A stretch of 64,000 bases of DNA from Gemmatimonadota bacterium (GTDB lineage: Bacteria > Gemmatimonadota > Gemmatimonadetes > Gemmatimonadales > GWC2-71-9), in the NCBI GenBank assembly GCA_041500125.1, contig JBGQLP010000006.1, forward strand, positions 1,452 to 65,451, given 5' to 3'. Below, piece by piece: positions 56,701 to 64,000 of the stretch (its first letter is position 1; each line of letters begins with the position of its first letter). The position numbers were made by a program, and so were the translations under genes. The notes under the pieces were generated by a model that searched no databases, was not told the DNA's origin, and saw only the letters and a list, made by a program, of their open reading frames with translations.

Positions 56701-57088
56701 CGAGCTTCTCCACCTCGGAGACGGTGCCCGCGCCGGTGACCACGATTTCTCCCAACTGGAGCGGATTGGCGGCAAGACCGAAGTCCTGGACCACTCCACC
56801 GGGGGAAATCGTGATCTCGGCGGTCTGCGGCTTGAACCCGATCGCTCTTACCATGAGCGTCGCCGGCTGCCCCTCCTGATCGGCCGGCACCAGCAGCCCA
56901 TAACTGCCGTCGGGCCGCGAGGTGGTGCTGACGCGCAGGGAAGGGATGGAAACGGTGGCTCCGGCAAGCGGTGCGCCCTCTTCGCTCTTCACATGTCCGG
57001 TGACGGTGACGGGCTGTTGGGCCACGCCGGAGCTTGCCAGTCCGACGAGAGCGATGACGGCAATCAGAATCTGACGACGGTTGAGCAC
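53780..57088 (-). CDS. susC: SusC/RagA family TonB-linked outer-membrane protein
   Basis: CarboxypepD-like N-domain, EIVVTG, SGDPGAS..IRIRG, PLFVVDGVP, DIESVEILKGAAA.SLYGARA..GVILITTK, LKPERT.E and PQTRSF. Confidence 0.95.
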   Translation of the reverse strand: MLNRRQILIAVIALVGLASSGVAQQPVTVTGHVKSEEGAPLAGATVSIPSLRVSTTSRPDGSYGLLVPADQEGQPATLMVRAIGFKPQTAEITISPGGVVQDFGLAANPLQLGEIVVTGAGTVSEVEKLGSVRNSVDSSLINRSNETNIVTALSAKAPNVEVTSTSGDPGASTSIRIRGANTLGSTGEPLFVVDGVPIDNSTVTTTTFDGTGFGGQQGTASSNRASDLNPADIESVEILKGAAAGSLYGARAGQGVILITTKRGHAGPTTYSLSSSLSVNDVHRFPALQRIYGQGDADTLGVPTAETCVLGGATDCGGTGDSWGPALAAGTATFDHAREMFTTGVATDNTLTIAGGNDRTLFYLSGSYTNQDGTFVGPQNAYKRYSFRLKGSQRVRDNFTIGGNVAYSNSDGRFVQKGSNFSALTLGSWRTPPEFDNRIYLDPATGMHRSYRFPNPSASSSDSTRGYDNPFFSANVPVSTAIADRVFGNVSLDYVPVGWLRFNYTLGIDYSGDDRLQGQPQTSSNTPSILGQVVKVNIVNQQVDHNLTGTATYKLGQSLAGSITLGQNLNTRSLREIGGVGNALLAPEPFTLTNTASQLPPIDNETKVRIEGYFGQATLDISDQLFLKAGVRYDGASTFAQDKLRSWYPSGSVAWEFTRQTGDLGGKLTYGKLRAAYGEVGTQPNPYLTVFSFLSGGTFQDGWGATLTASQNGFGGLFSDTTRATQLKPERTRELELGTDLGLFNDVADLSFTWYRRTSKDVILTLPVPATTGFINAASNGAEIRNAGTEWSLNLRPITKRDFSWDLGFLFSTNRNRVVSLAGAQFVNYGGVGGFAISVAEVGQPVGAFRDYDYIRCGRGITVLDPASNEVSVDALCGADANSKQALFINDGNYSNTGLDAGAGAGYPLLDPNSRIIGDPNPKWTGSIRSGLRFGKISVSGLLDIRHGGLVYNGTRGALNAIGTSKESGDLRGKSVVFGQDFLKGAVAGPGVGTSAVLDQNWFQNYYSTFTFLGQPFYESASFVKLREVSVGYTLTGGFVSRALGLSSMDLRVAGRNLAVWTPYTGADPETSLSGADTGARGIDWFNNPQTRSFVFSVTMNR

Positions 57089-57314
57089 GATTCGTTCTCC
57101 ATACCTGGCTGGGAACGTGCTAGGTCCTTCGGGGCGGTAACCGATGGATGTTTCGAATTGTCACAAGGGATGCGGCGCGACCGTACTCCTTCATGGGCCG
57201 CGGTCTCGCAGATTGTACGGCGTCTACCTGGAGGCGTCAATAGAGTGAGCACGTGCCTATTTGAGCGGGCGGCCCGGCAGGTATCTTGTCTACAGGCGCT
57301 TTCGAGGTAAGCCT

Positions 57315-57701
57315 ATGCGCGCCCTTCGCCTCGCGCTCGCTTTCGTGCTCATAGCCACCTGCCCTGGCTGCGGTCTCCTCTCGTCCCGCCATACTGATCG
57401 TTCAGACCCGGCAGCACGGGGTCTGGTCATGGTTTCGGTCGAGAGTCACAACTGGAATGACATCACGGTCTATCTCATGGCCGGCGGCCTTCCGCAGCGG
57501 CTAGGGATGGTCACCGCGTTGAGTAGCGCCACTTTTGACTTTCCGTCTCATCGGCTCAACACCAGCGGTGGTGTGCGGCTGCGAGCTCTTCCCGTCGCCG
57601 GGCGACCGTTCACCAGCGAGACGATTCTGGTGATGCCGGGTCAGGTCATCACCTGGACGCTGGAGAATGACCTGAATACCTCCAGCTTCTCAGTGTACTG
57701 A
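57315..57701 (+). CDS. Uncharacterised lipoprotein (paralog of 51998-52387)
   Basis: Lipobox PGC; ESHNWND...PGQVITWTLENDL..SS. Confidence 0.78.
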   Translation: MRALRLALAFVLIATCPGCGLLSSRHTDRSDPAARGLVMVSVESHNWNDITVYLMAGGLPQRLGMVTALSSATFDFPSHRLNTSGGVRLRALPVAGRPFTSETILVMPGQVITWTLENDLNTSSFSVY

Positions 57702-57725
57702 CGTCCTGACAGCGCTTTCCCGCTA

Positions 57726-57801
57726 TTGACACCTTTCCTCTTTCCGCGCACGTTTGCCGGGGCTGCCTCCGGCGCCCCTGTTTCCTTCCTCTCTCTATAA
57801 T
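57726..57801 (+). promoter_or_regulatory. Promoter region with TTGACA (57726-31) and TATAAT (57796-801)
   Basis: Both perfect hexamers are present but too far apart to be one promoter; a pyrimidine tract lies between them. Confidence 0.3.
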
Positions 57802-57878
57802 CCGCACACCGGTACGCCCGAGCTGGCGTACCCTGGTCTCGCACCGGGTGACGGTTGGCCGCTCGCATCGAGGTTTAC

Positions 57879-58337
57879 ATGCATCTGACTCGTTTGCTTC
57901 GCGTTGGCGTCATTATCGCCGCTAATCTCGTCGCCACAGCAGTGGTTGCGCAGGAAAGCCAGCTCAGCGGTCGGGTGACCGACGAGCGCACTGGCGACGG
58001 GATCGCTGGCACGCGAGTGCTGTTGACGGGCACGCTCGGCATTCTGAACGCCTTACGAGCCGGCGCTGGGCTCGCGGACACGACCGACCCGGGGACCCCG
58101 GCAGGGCGAGTCGATCTGCTGTTTCGGGAGCGGGCGTTCTGGTTGTTCGCCACCGGGCACCGATTGGGTGACCTGCGCCGGCTGGTACGTCAGTATGGCC
58201 GTGCGGCGGACGCGGTGTTTCCCAGCGGGCTCTACTTCAAGGGCGGGCTGACGTACGGCCCCGGGGTGAACCTGCCCCTCCCTGCCACCGAGACGAACAA
58301 CCCCAAGGTGACCGGGTGCCTCGACCGAAACGCGTGA
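57879..58337 (+). pseudogene. In-frame chimera of a SusC-type N-terminus and a SusD-type C-terminus (deletion scar or misassembly)
   Basis: Signal peptide plus SGRVTDERTGDGIAGTRVLLTGT, joined near 58032-58040 to LNALRA...LFRERAFWLFATGHRLGDLRRLVRQY...CLDRNA. Confidence 0.8.
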
Positions 58338-58359
58338 AGTCCACTCCAAAGGAGGTCCT

Positions 58360-61137
58360 ATGATACGACCCGTCGTCCGGATGATCCTGGGCCTCCTGCT
58401 GCTGCTCCCGGCAACACTCGCGGCTCAGACCGGCACTCTACGCGGGAGCGTCGCGGACAGCAGCCGCACCCCGCTTGCTAACGTCTCTGTCATCGTCGAG
58501 GGGACCGGGCTCAGGGCCACGTCCGGCGCCGGGGGAGAGTACGTAATCCGGGGGGTGCCGGCAGGAACCCGCATGGTGCGTGCCCGTCTCATCGGCTTCC
58601 AGGCTGCCAGTGCGTCCGTCACGGTGGTGGCGGGAGACGTGGTGCGTCAGGATTTCACCCTCGGTCGCAGCGCCGTGGAGTTGGCTCCCATCGACGTGGT
58701 CGTAGGTAGCCGCGCCCGGCACACTGCAGCCGAGGAACTTGCGGTCCCGGTAGACGTCTACACCTCTCAGGACATCCAGGAGCAGGGCACCACCGAAACC
58801 AGCCAGGTCCTCGCGACGCTCTCGCCGTCGGTGAACTTTCCCCACCAGACGGTGACCGACGCGAACGATATCGTGCGCCCGTTCACGATGCGTGGCCTCT
58901 CTCCCGACCACACGCTGGTGCTGGTGAATGGCTGGCGCCGCCATCAGACGGCACTGCTCAATACCTTCCCGCTCGGGTCCCCGGCGGGGTCCAGTGGTGT
59001 CGATCTCAACGCCATCCCCGGAAGTGCCATCGAGCGAATCGAAGTGCTACGGGATGGCGCCTCCTCTCAGTACGGCTCCGACGCAATCGCGGGTGTGGTC
59101 AACATCGTGATGAAGGAGGGGCAGTTCTCGCCCTTCGTGAATACCAGTGCCGGACGATACTTTACCGGCAAGTACCCGGACGACGGCACCACGGCGGACG
59201 TGAACGGTGGGGTGGGCATCAAGCTGGGGCGGGGCTCTCTGGGACTCTTCGGCGAGTTCCAGAACCGCGAGCCTACCAACCGTGCATTTCCGGACGGCAC
59301 TCTGCAGGATCTGAACGGCATCACCGACGTCGTCGACACGGTCACCGGCCGAATCATCCAGAAGCGCAACGGAGTCCCTCAACCGGTCAATCACCTCGGC
59401 GATGGCCTCGAGCGGGATTTACTGTCGTTCGCTAACCTTCGGATGCCGCTGACCGCGAGCGGAGCCACCGAGTTTTACGCCTTCGGCGGCTTCAGCAACC
59501 GAGTCGGCACCGGCAATGGTTACTACCGCAAGCCCCTCAACAACCGTAACTGGCCGACGATCTACCCCAATGGGTTCCTGCCGGAATTCCGTCCCAATGT
59601 GAACGACTTCTCGGGTGCGGTTGGAATCCGCAGCAACCTTTCAGGATGGTCCGCTGACCTTGGGGCTATCTACGGCAAAAACACCTTCGATTACCGGTTG
59701 CGCAACACCCTCAACCCGTCGCTGGGCCCCTGCCTGGTTACCGCCTGTGCACCGGGTGCGGACGGCGTCCTCGGCACTGCCGACGACCCGGGTATTCCTA
59801 ACCAGACCAGCTTCGACGCCGGCGGCCTGAGACGCGGGGAGTTCCTCGTAGGCCTCAACCTGGCCAAGCCGATCAGCCTCGGCCTGCCGAACCCCGTCAG
59901 CGTAGCCTTTGGCGGAGTATATCGTCGGGAGACGTACAAGATCGTTGCGGGCGAGACGGCCTCCTGGATCAACGGTGGTCACTTATCCCAGGACAGCGTG
60001 GCCACTCCCGGAGATCTTGCGCCCGCGGGCTCATCGGTCTTCTCCGGCTTCTCCCCTTCCGACGCCAGCGACAACTCACGGAACAACGTGGGTGCCTATC
60101 TCGACCTCGAGTCGAACCTCACCCAACAAGTGCTCTTGAACATCGCCGGCCGCTACGAGCACTACAGCGACTTTGGCTCACGGGTTACCGGCAAGGCGGC
60201 GGTCCGGGTTCAGCCGAGCAAGCAGCTGGTCATCCGCGGCGCGGCCAGCACCGGCTTCCGTGCTCCTGGGCTGGCGCAGAGCTGGTTCAGCCACGTCACT
60301 ACGAACTTCATTGCAGGCAGCCTGGTCGAGGTGGGCAATTTCCCGGTGACCAACCGGGCATCGCGGATCTTCGGAGCCCAGCCCCTGAGAGACGAGACAT
60401 CGGTAAACCTCAGTGGCGGCGTGGTGTTTTCCCCAATGGACAACTTCACGCTCGCGGTGGACGTCTTCCACATCAAGATCAACCATCGCATTCTGCTCGG
60501 CGCCACCTACGACGCGGGCGACAGCGTGGTCGCTCGGATCCTGGCCGATTCCGGGTTGACCGCGATCGGTGCTGTGCAGTTCCCTACCAACGCACTGGAC
60601 ACCAAGACCAACGGTATCGACCTGACCGGGGATCTCCGACTTCCCGTGGGGAATGGCACGCTGGACCTCAATGCCGGTGTCAACTACACCAAGAATACGA
60701 TCGCTCGTGTGGGAGGCCTCCCGCCGATCCTGCAGGGCACCGGGACAAGCTTCACCGGCGCTCTCGACCTGCTGACGACGCTGGCCATCACCAGGGAGCG
60801 TCCAGACTGGCGGGGTACCCTAACGGCAAACTGGTCTCTCGGTCGCTTCCACGCGCTGGGACGCGGGAACTACTATGGCTCGGGAAGGTCAGCCGAATTC
60901 GGCGGTGTTGTTGGAGAGACGTTTGTCGGCAAGACTCTGTTCGATGCCGAGGTGGGATACCGCTTTAACCAGGTCAATCTCTCGATCGGGGCCAAGAACC
61001 TGTTCGACACATATCCGTCCAGGATGCTCGATCTCGACAACAACAACAATTGGACTTTCCCCTGGGCGGTGACCTCGCCCTTCGGCTACAACGGCCGGTA
61101 TCTCTACGTCAGATCGGAGATGCAGCTGGGTCAATAG
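58360..61137 (+). CDS. TonB-dependent receptor with CarboxypepD-like N-domain
   Basis: VVVGSR, PVDV, RGLSPDHTLVLVNG.RRH, AIERIEVLRDGASSQYGSDAIAGVVNI and GAKNLFDTYP. Confidence 0.94.
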   Translation: MIRPVVRMILGLLLLLPATLAAQTGTLRGSVADSSRTPLANVSVIVEGTGLRATSGAGGEYVIRGVPAGTRMVRARLIGFQAASASVTVVAGDVVRQDFTLGRSAVELAPIDVVVGSRARHTAAEELAVPVDVYTSQDIQEQGTTETSQVLATLSPSVNFPHQTVTDANDIVRPFTMRGLSPDHTLVLVNGWRRHQTALLNTFPLGSPAGSSGVDLNAIPGSAIERIEVLRDGASSQYGSDAIAGVVNIVMKEGQFSPFVNTSAGRYFTGKYPDDGTTADVNGGVGIKLGRGSLGLFGEFQNREPTNRAFPDGTLQDLNGITDVVDTVTGRIIQKRNGVPQPVNHLGDGLERDLLSFANLRMPLTASGATEFYAFGGFSNRVGTGNGYYRKPLNNRNWPTIYPNGFLPEFRPNVNDFSGAVGIRSNLSGWSADLGAIYGKNTFDYRLRNTLNPSLGPCLVTACAPGADGVLGTADDPGIPNQTSFDAGGLRRGEFLVGLNLAKPISLGLPNPVSVAFGGVYRRETYKIVAGETASWINGGHLSQDSVATPGDLAPAGSSVFSGFSPSDASDNSRNNVGAYLDLESNLTQQVLLNIAGRYEHYSDFGSRVTGKAAVRVQPSKQLVIRGAASTGFRAPGLAQSWFSHVTTNFIAGSLVEVGNFPVTNRASRIFGAQPLRDETSVNLSGGVVFSPMDNFTLAVDVFHIKINHRILLGATYDAGDSVVARILADSGLTAIGAVQFPTNALDTKTNGIDLTGDLRLPVGNGTLDLNAGVNYTKNTIARVGGLPPILQGTGTSFTGALDLLTTLAITRERPDWRGTLTANWSLGRFHALGRGNYYGSGRSAEFGGVVGETFVGKTLFDAEVGYRFNQVNLSIGAKNLFDTYPSRMLDLDNNNNWTFPWAVTSPFGYNGRYLYVRSEMQLGQ

Positions 61138-61150
61138 CCCAATTCCTGCC

Positions 61151-61176
61151 TAGCGCCGTCGCTCCGGGCGGCGCTA
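61151..61176 (+). terminator. Hairpin after the TonB receptor gene
   Basis: TAGCGCCGTC/GGCGGCGCTA stem with weak U content. Confidence 0.4.
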
Positions 61177-61203
61177 AGATACGCCTTCTTCTATCAGGCG
61201 ATC

Positions 61204-62808
61204 ATGTCGGCGTCCTACGATCTCATCGTTATCGGCGGCGGTCACAACGGTCTCGTGACCGCCGCCTATGCCGCCCGTGCCGGCGTCAAAGTGCTGGTGC
61301 TGGAGCGGCGGGAGGTGCTCGGGGGGGCCTGCGTCACCGAGGAGCTCTGGCCCGGATTCAAGGTCTCGACCGCCGCGTACGTCAACAGCCTGCTGCGACC
61401 CGAAATCATCCGCGACCTAGAGCTCAAGCGGCACGGGTTCAAGATGCTGCCGCGCAACCCATCCTCGTTCACGCCCTTCCCCGACGGTCGCTCGCTGCTG
61501 TTGGGACCCAACAAGGCGCAGACCCACAAGGAGGTCGCCAAATTCTCGGCCAAAGATGCCGACGCGTTGCCCAAGTACGAGCGCATGCTGGAGCGCGTTG
61601 CCGCGTTCATCGAGCCGACGCTGACCCAGACCCCGCCCAACCCGTGGTCCTTCCGTCCAGGCAACCTGATGAAACTCGCAAGGCTCGGCCTGAGTTTCGC
61701 GCGGCTCGGGACCGATGGCCAGAAGGCGGTTGAGATCCTGACCGGTGCGGCGACCCCGATCCTCGACCGCTGGTTCGAGTCGGAGCAGCTCAAGGTCACC
61801 CTGGCAACGGATGCGATCATCGGCGCGATGGCCTCGCCCTCGATGCCCGGTACCGCCTACGTGCTGTTCCATCATGTGATGGGCGAGTGCCACGGGATCC
61901 GTGGTGTGTGGGGCTACGTGCGTGGGGGGATGGGTGGCATCAGCAATGCAATTGCTTCAGCCGCGCAGGAAAGCGGCGCCGAGATCCGCACCGGCGCGGA
62001 GGTCAGTCGGATTCTGGTCAAAGGGGGCGAGGCAGCGGGCGTGGCGCTCAAGGACGGCACCGAGATTCGAGCCCGCCGGGTGGCATCGGGAGCCGACGCC
62101 CACGTGACCTTCCTCAAACTGCTGAATGCCGCCGACCTCCCGCCCGAGTTCGTCGAGGCAGTGAGGAACATCGATTACAGCAGCGCCAGTCTCAAGATCA
62201 ACATCTCGCTGAGTGAGCTCCCGGATTTCAAGGCTCTTCCGGGGACCGAGCCCGGGCCCCAACATCGCGGCACCATTCATATCTCTCCCACCATGGAGTA
62301 CATCGAGCGGGCGTACGACAATGCCAAGTACGGCTGCCCCTCGGAGTATCCCATCATCGAGGCGACCATACCCTCAGTGCTGGATGATTCGCTGGCACCT
62401 CCCGGCAAACATGTCATGTCGATGTTCACCCAGTATTTCCCCTACAAGCTGGCACCGGGGCTCTCGCTTCAGGAGGAGAAGGAGAAGTACGCGGAGCGCT
62501 GCTTCGACCTCATGAACGAGTATGCCCCGAACTTCAGGCGATCGGTGCTTGGACGGCAGGTGCTTTCCCCGGTCGATCTGGAGCGGCGGTTCGGGCTTAC
62601 CGGGGGGAACATCATGCAAGGCGCTATGTCATTGAGCAGCCTCTCGTTCATGCGCCCGGTGCCGGGGTATGCCAACTATCGTACCCCGATCCGGGGCCTG
62701 TATTTGTGCGGGGCCGCCACTCATCCTGGTGGCGGGGTGATGGGCGCCTGCGGCTACAACGCCTCTCGTGAAATTCTTCGGGACATGCGCCGCAAAGCCT
62801 CCCACTGA
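61204..62808 (+). CDS. Phytoene-dehydrogenase-like FAD/NAD(P) oxidoreductase
   Basis: IGGGHNGL..A, LERREVLGGA, GGMGG, GLTGGNIMQG and GLYLCGAATHPGGGVMG. Confidence 0.92.
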   Translation: MSASYDLIVIGGGHNGLVTAAYAARAGVKVLVLERREVLGGACVTEELWPGFKVSTAAYVNSLLRPEIIRDLELKRHGFKMLPRNPSSFTPFPDGRSLLLGPNKAQTHKEVAKFSAKDADALPKYERMLERVAAFIEPTLTQTPPNPWSFRPGNLMKLARLGLSFARLGTDGQKAVEILTGAATPILDRWFESEQLKVTLATDAIIGAMASPSMPGTAYVLFHHVMGECHGIRGVWGYVRGGMGGISNAIASAAQESGAEIRTGAEVSRILVKGGEAAGVALKDGTEIRARRVASGADAHVTFLKLLNAADLPPEFVEAVRNIDYSSASLKINISLSELPDFKALPGTEPGPQHRGTIHISPTMEYIERAYDNAKYGCPSEYPIIEATIPSVLDDSLAPPGKHVMSMFTQYFPYKLAPGLSLQEEKEKYAERCFDLMNEYAPNFRRSVLGRQVLSPVDLERRFGLTGGNIMQGAMSLSSLSFMRPVPGYANYRTPIRGLYLCGAATHPGGGVMGACGYNASREILRDMRRKASH

Positions 62809-63134
62809 TGCCCCGGCACCAGCTCACGGTCAGCAATGGCATGGCCCGGCTGCCCGGCCCGGAAGGCGAACGGTTCGTCGAGTTGTTCCGGCACGGGACT
62901 CTGAGTGTCGAGCTGTATGCGCCGCGGGGCCGCGACCCCCAATCGCCGCACACCCGAGATGAGGTGTATGCCGTGGTCCAGGGCAGGGGCCAGTTTCGGA
63001 ACGGCCCGGAACGACATCGCTTCGGACCGGGTGACGTTCTCTTCGTTGCGGCGGGAGTCGAGCATCGGTTCGAGGAATTCACCGATGACCTGGTAGTCTG
63101 GGTGTTCTTCTACGGGCCGGAGGGCGGGGAGTAA
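62808..63134 (+). CDS. Cupin domain protein
   Basis: QSPHTRDEVYAVVQG...GDVLFVAAGVEHRF; TGATG overlap. Confidence 0.9.
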   Translation: MPRHQLTVSNGMARLPGPEGERFVELFRHGTLSVELYAPRGRDPQSPHTRDEVYAVVQGRGQFRNGPERHRFGPGDVLFVAAGVEHRFEEFTDDLVVWVFFYGPEGGE

Positions 63135-63138
63135 GGCG

Positions 63139-64000
63139 ATGATGGAACGGACCCTCCACCGGGACTTTTACTTCTCGGACGAGATTTTCCGCCGGGAGGC
63201 CGAGAGCATCTTCTTCCGGGAGTGGTTCTGCGCCGGCCGAGAAGAGGATTGGCCCAATTCCGGGGATTACCACGCGCTCGATATTCTGGGTGAGAGCGTG
63301 CTGGTGGTGCGTACCCGGGAGGGAAGACTCGCCGCGCACTACAACGTGTGTCGCCACCGGGGCTCCCGGCTGGTGCCGGAGGGCGCGCGAGGCAGCTTCA
63401 CCGGTGCCATTCGCTGCCCGTACCACTCCTGGACCTATGCGCTGGACGGCAGCCTCCGGGCCGCCCCCTTTCTCGACGAGGAATCCGGTTTCAGCCGGGC
63501 GGACCTCGGTCTCTACCCGGTGGGCCTCGAGAGCTGGGGCGGGTTCGTTTTCCTGAATCTCACCCCGGCCGAGACGTCCGCACCGGGCCACAGCCTCTTC
63601 GCCCAGCTCGGTCCGGTGCCGGAGCGGCTCCAACGTTACCCCCTCGCTGAGTTACGCTCGGCTCGGCGAATCGGCTATGAGGTGGACGCCAACTGGAAGG
63701 TCATGCTGGAGAACTACAACGAGTGTTATCACTGCGGGCCGGTGCACCCGGAGCTGTGCCGCCTGGTGCCGGCCTTCAAACAGGGCGGGGGATCGGAGCT
63801 CGACTGGGATCGCGGGATTCCCCATCGCGACGGGGCCTGGACCTTCACCGAGACCGGCACCAGCAACCGTCGCCCCTTCAATGGGCTCAACGAGGACGAG
63901 CGGGTCCGCCACAAGGGCGAGCTGATCTACCCCAACCTCATGATCAGTCTCTCCGCCGATCACGTCACCGCATACACTGTCTGGCCTCGCGATCCGGGAC
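63139..64000 (+). CDS. Rieske non-heme iron oxygenase alpha subunit (GbcA/choline-monooxygenase-like), 3'-truncated by the window edge
   Basis: Absent from the ORF track because it has no stop in the window. Translated by hand: NVCRHRG, RCPYHSWTY and NWKVMLENYNECYHCGPVHPEL. Confidence 0.93.
   Translation, partial: MMERTLHRDFYFSDEIFRREAESIFFREWFCAGREEDWPNSGDYHALDILGESVLVVRTREGRLAAHYNVCRHRGSRLVPEGARGSFTGAIRCPYHSWTYALDGSLRAAPFLDEESGFSRADLGLYPVGLESWGGFVFLNLTPAETSAPGHSLFAQLGPVPERLQRYPLAELRSARRIGYEVDANWKVMLENYNECYHCGPVHPELCRLVPAFKQGGGSELDWDRGIPHRDGAWTFTETGTSNRRPFNGLNEDERVRHKGELIYPNLMISLSADHVTAYTVWPRDPG

Noticed and set aside
61204-62808. Carotenoid pathway assignment (crtI)
   Set aside because: No crtB, crtE or crtY nearby; the sequence fits the broader phytoene-dehydrogenase-like oxidoreductases.

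Overview
High-GC bacterial chromosomal window, most likely Gemmatimonadota. That assignment is inferred from SusC/SusD-type transporters in a high-GC genome, many short lipoproteins and a sigma-70 lacking region 1.1. I found no tRNA, rRNA, CRISPR array, transposase or prophage. Left third: a ppk1-sixA-CHAD polyphosphate operon, a general-stress cluster (YciF, DUF3618, holin-like) and an extended NHEJ locus. In that locus ku-TPR/MerR-DUF72 is divergent from ligD, an alpha/beta hydrolase, a UvrD helicase with an inserted DEDDh exonuclease, and NlpC/P60. Middle: a redox cluster, rpsU, a dynamin-like GTPase, UdgX, a lipidated beta-barrel candidate, a sigma factor, AlaX, a non-canonical ATP-grasp ligase coupled to a multi-zinc-ribbon metallopeptidase, DacB, DUF2779, cardiolipin synthase, an EF-P with Asn at its tip, and Nfo. 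Right third: peptidases, a susC-susD pair bracketed by two paralogous uncharacterised lipoproteins, an in-frame susC'/'susD deletion chimera, and a TonB receptor followed by an FAD oxidoreductase, a cupin and a Rieske oxygenase. The best candidates for undescribed biology are the ATP-grasp/Zn-ribbon peptidase pair, the NHEJ accessory genes, the susCD-flanking lipoproteins, the susC/susD chimera and a recurring 8-nt G-rich repeat. All family calls come from motif recognition by eye; no database search was run.
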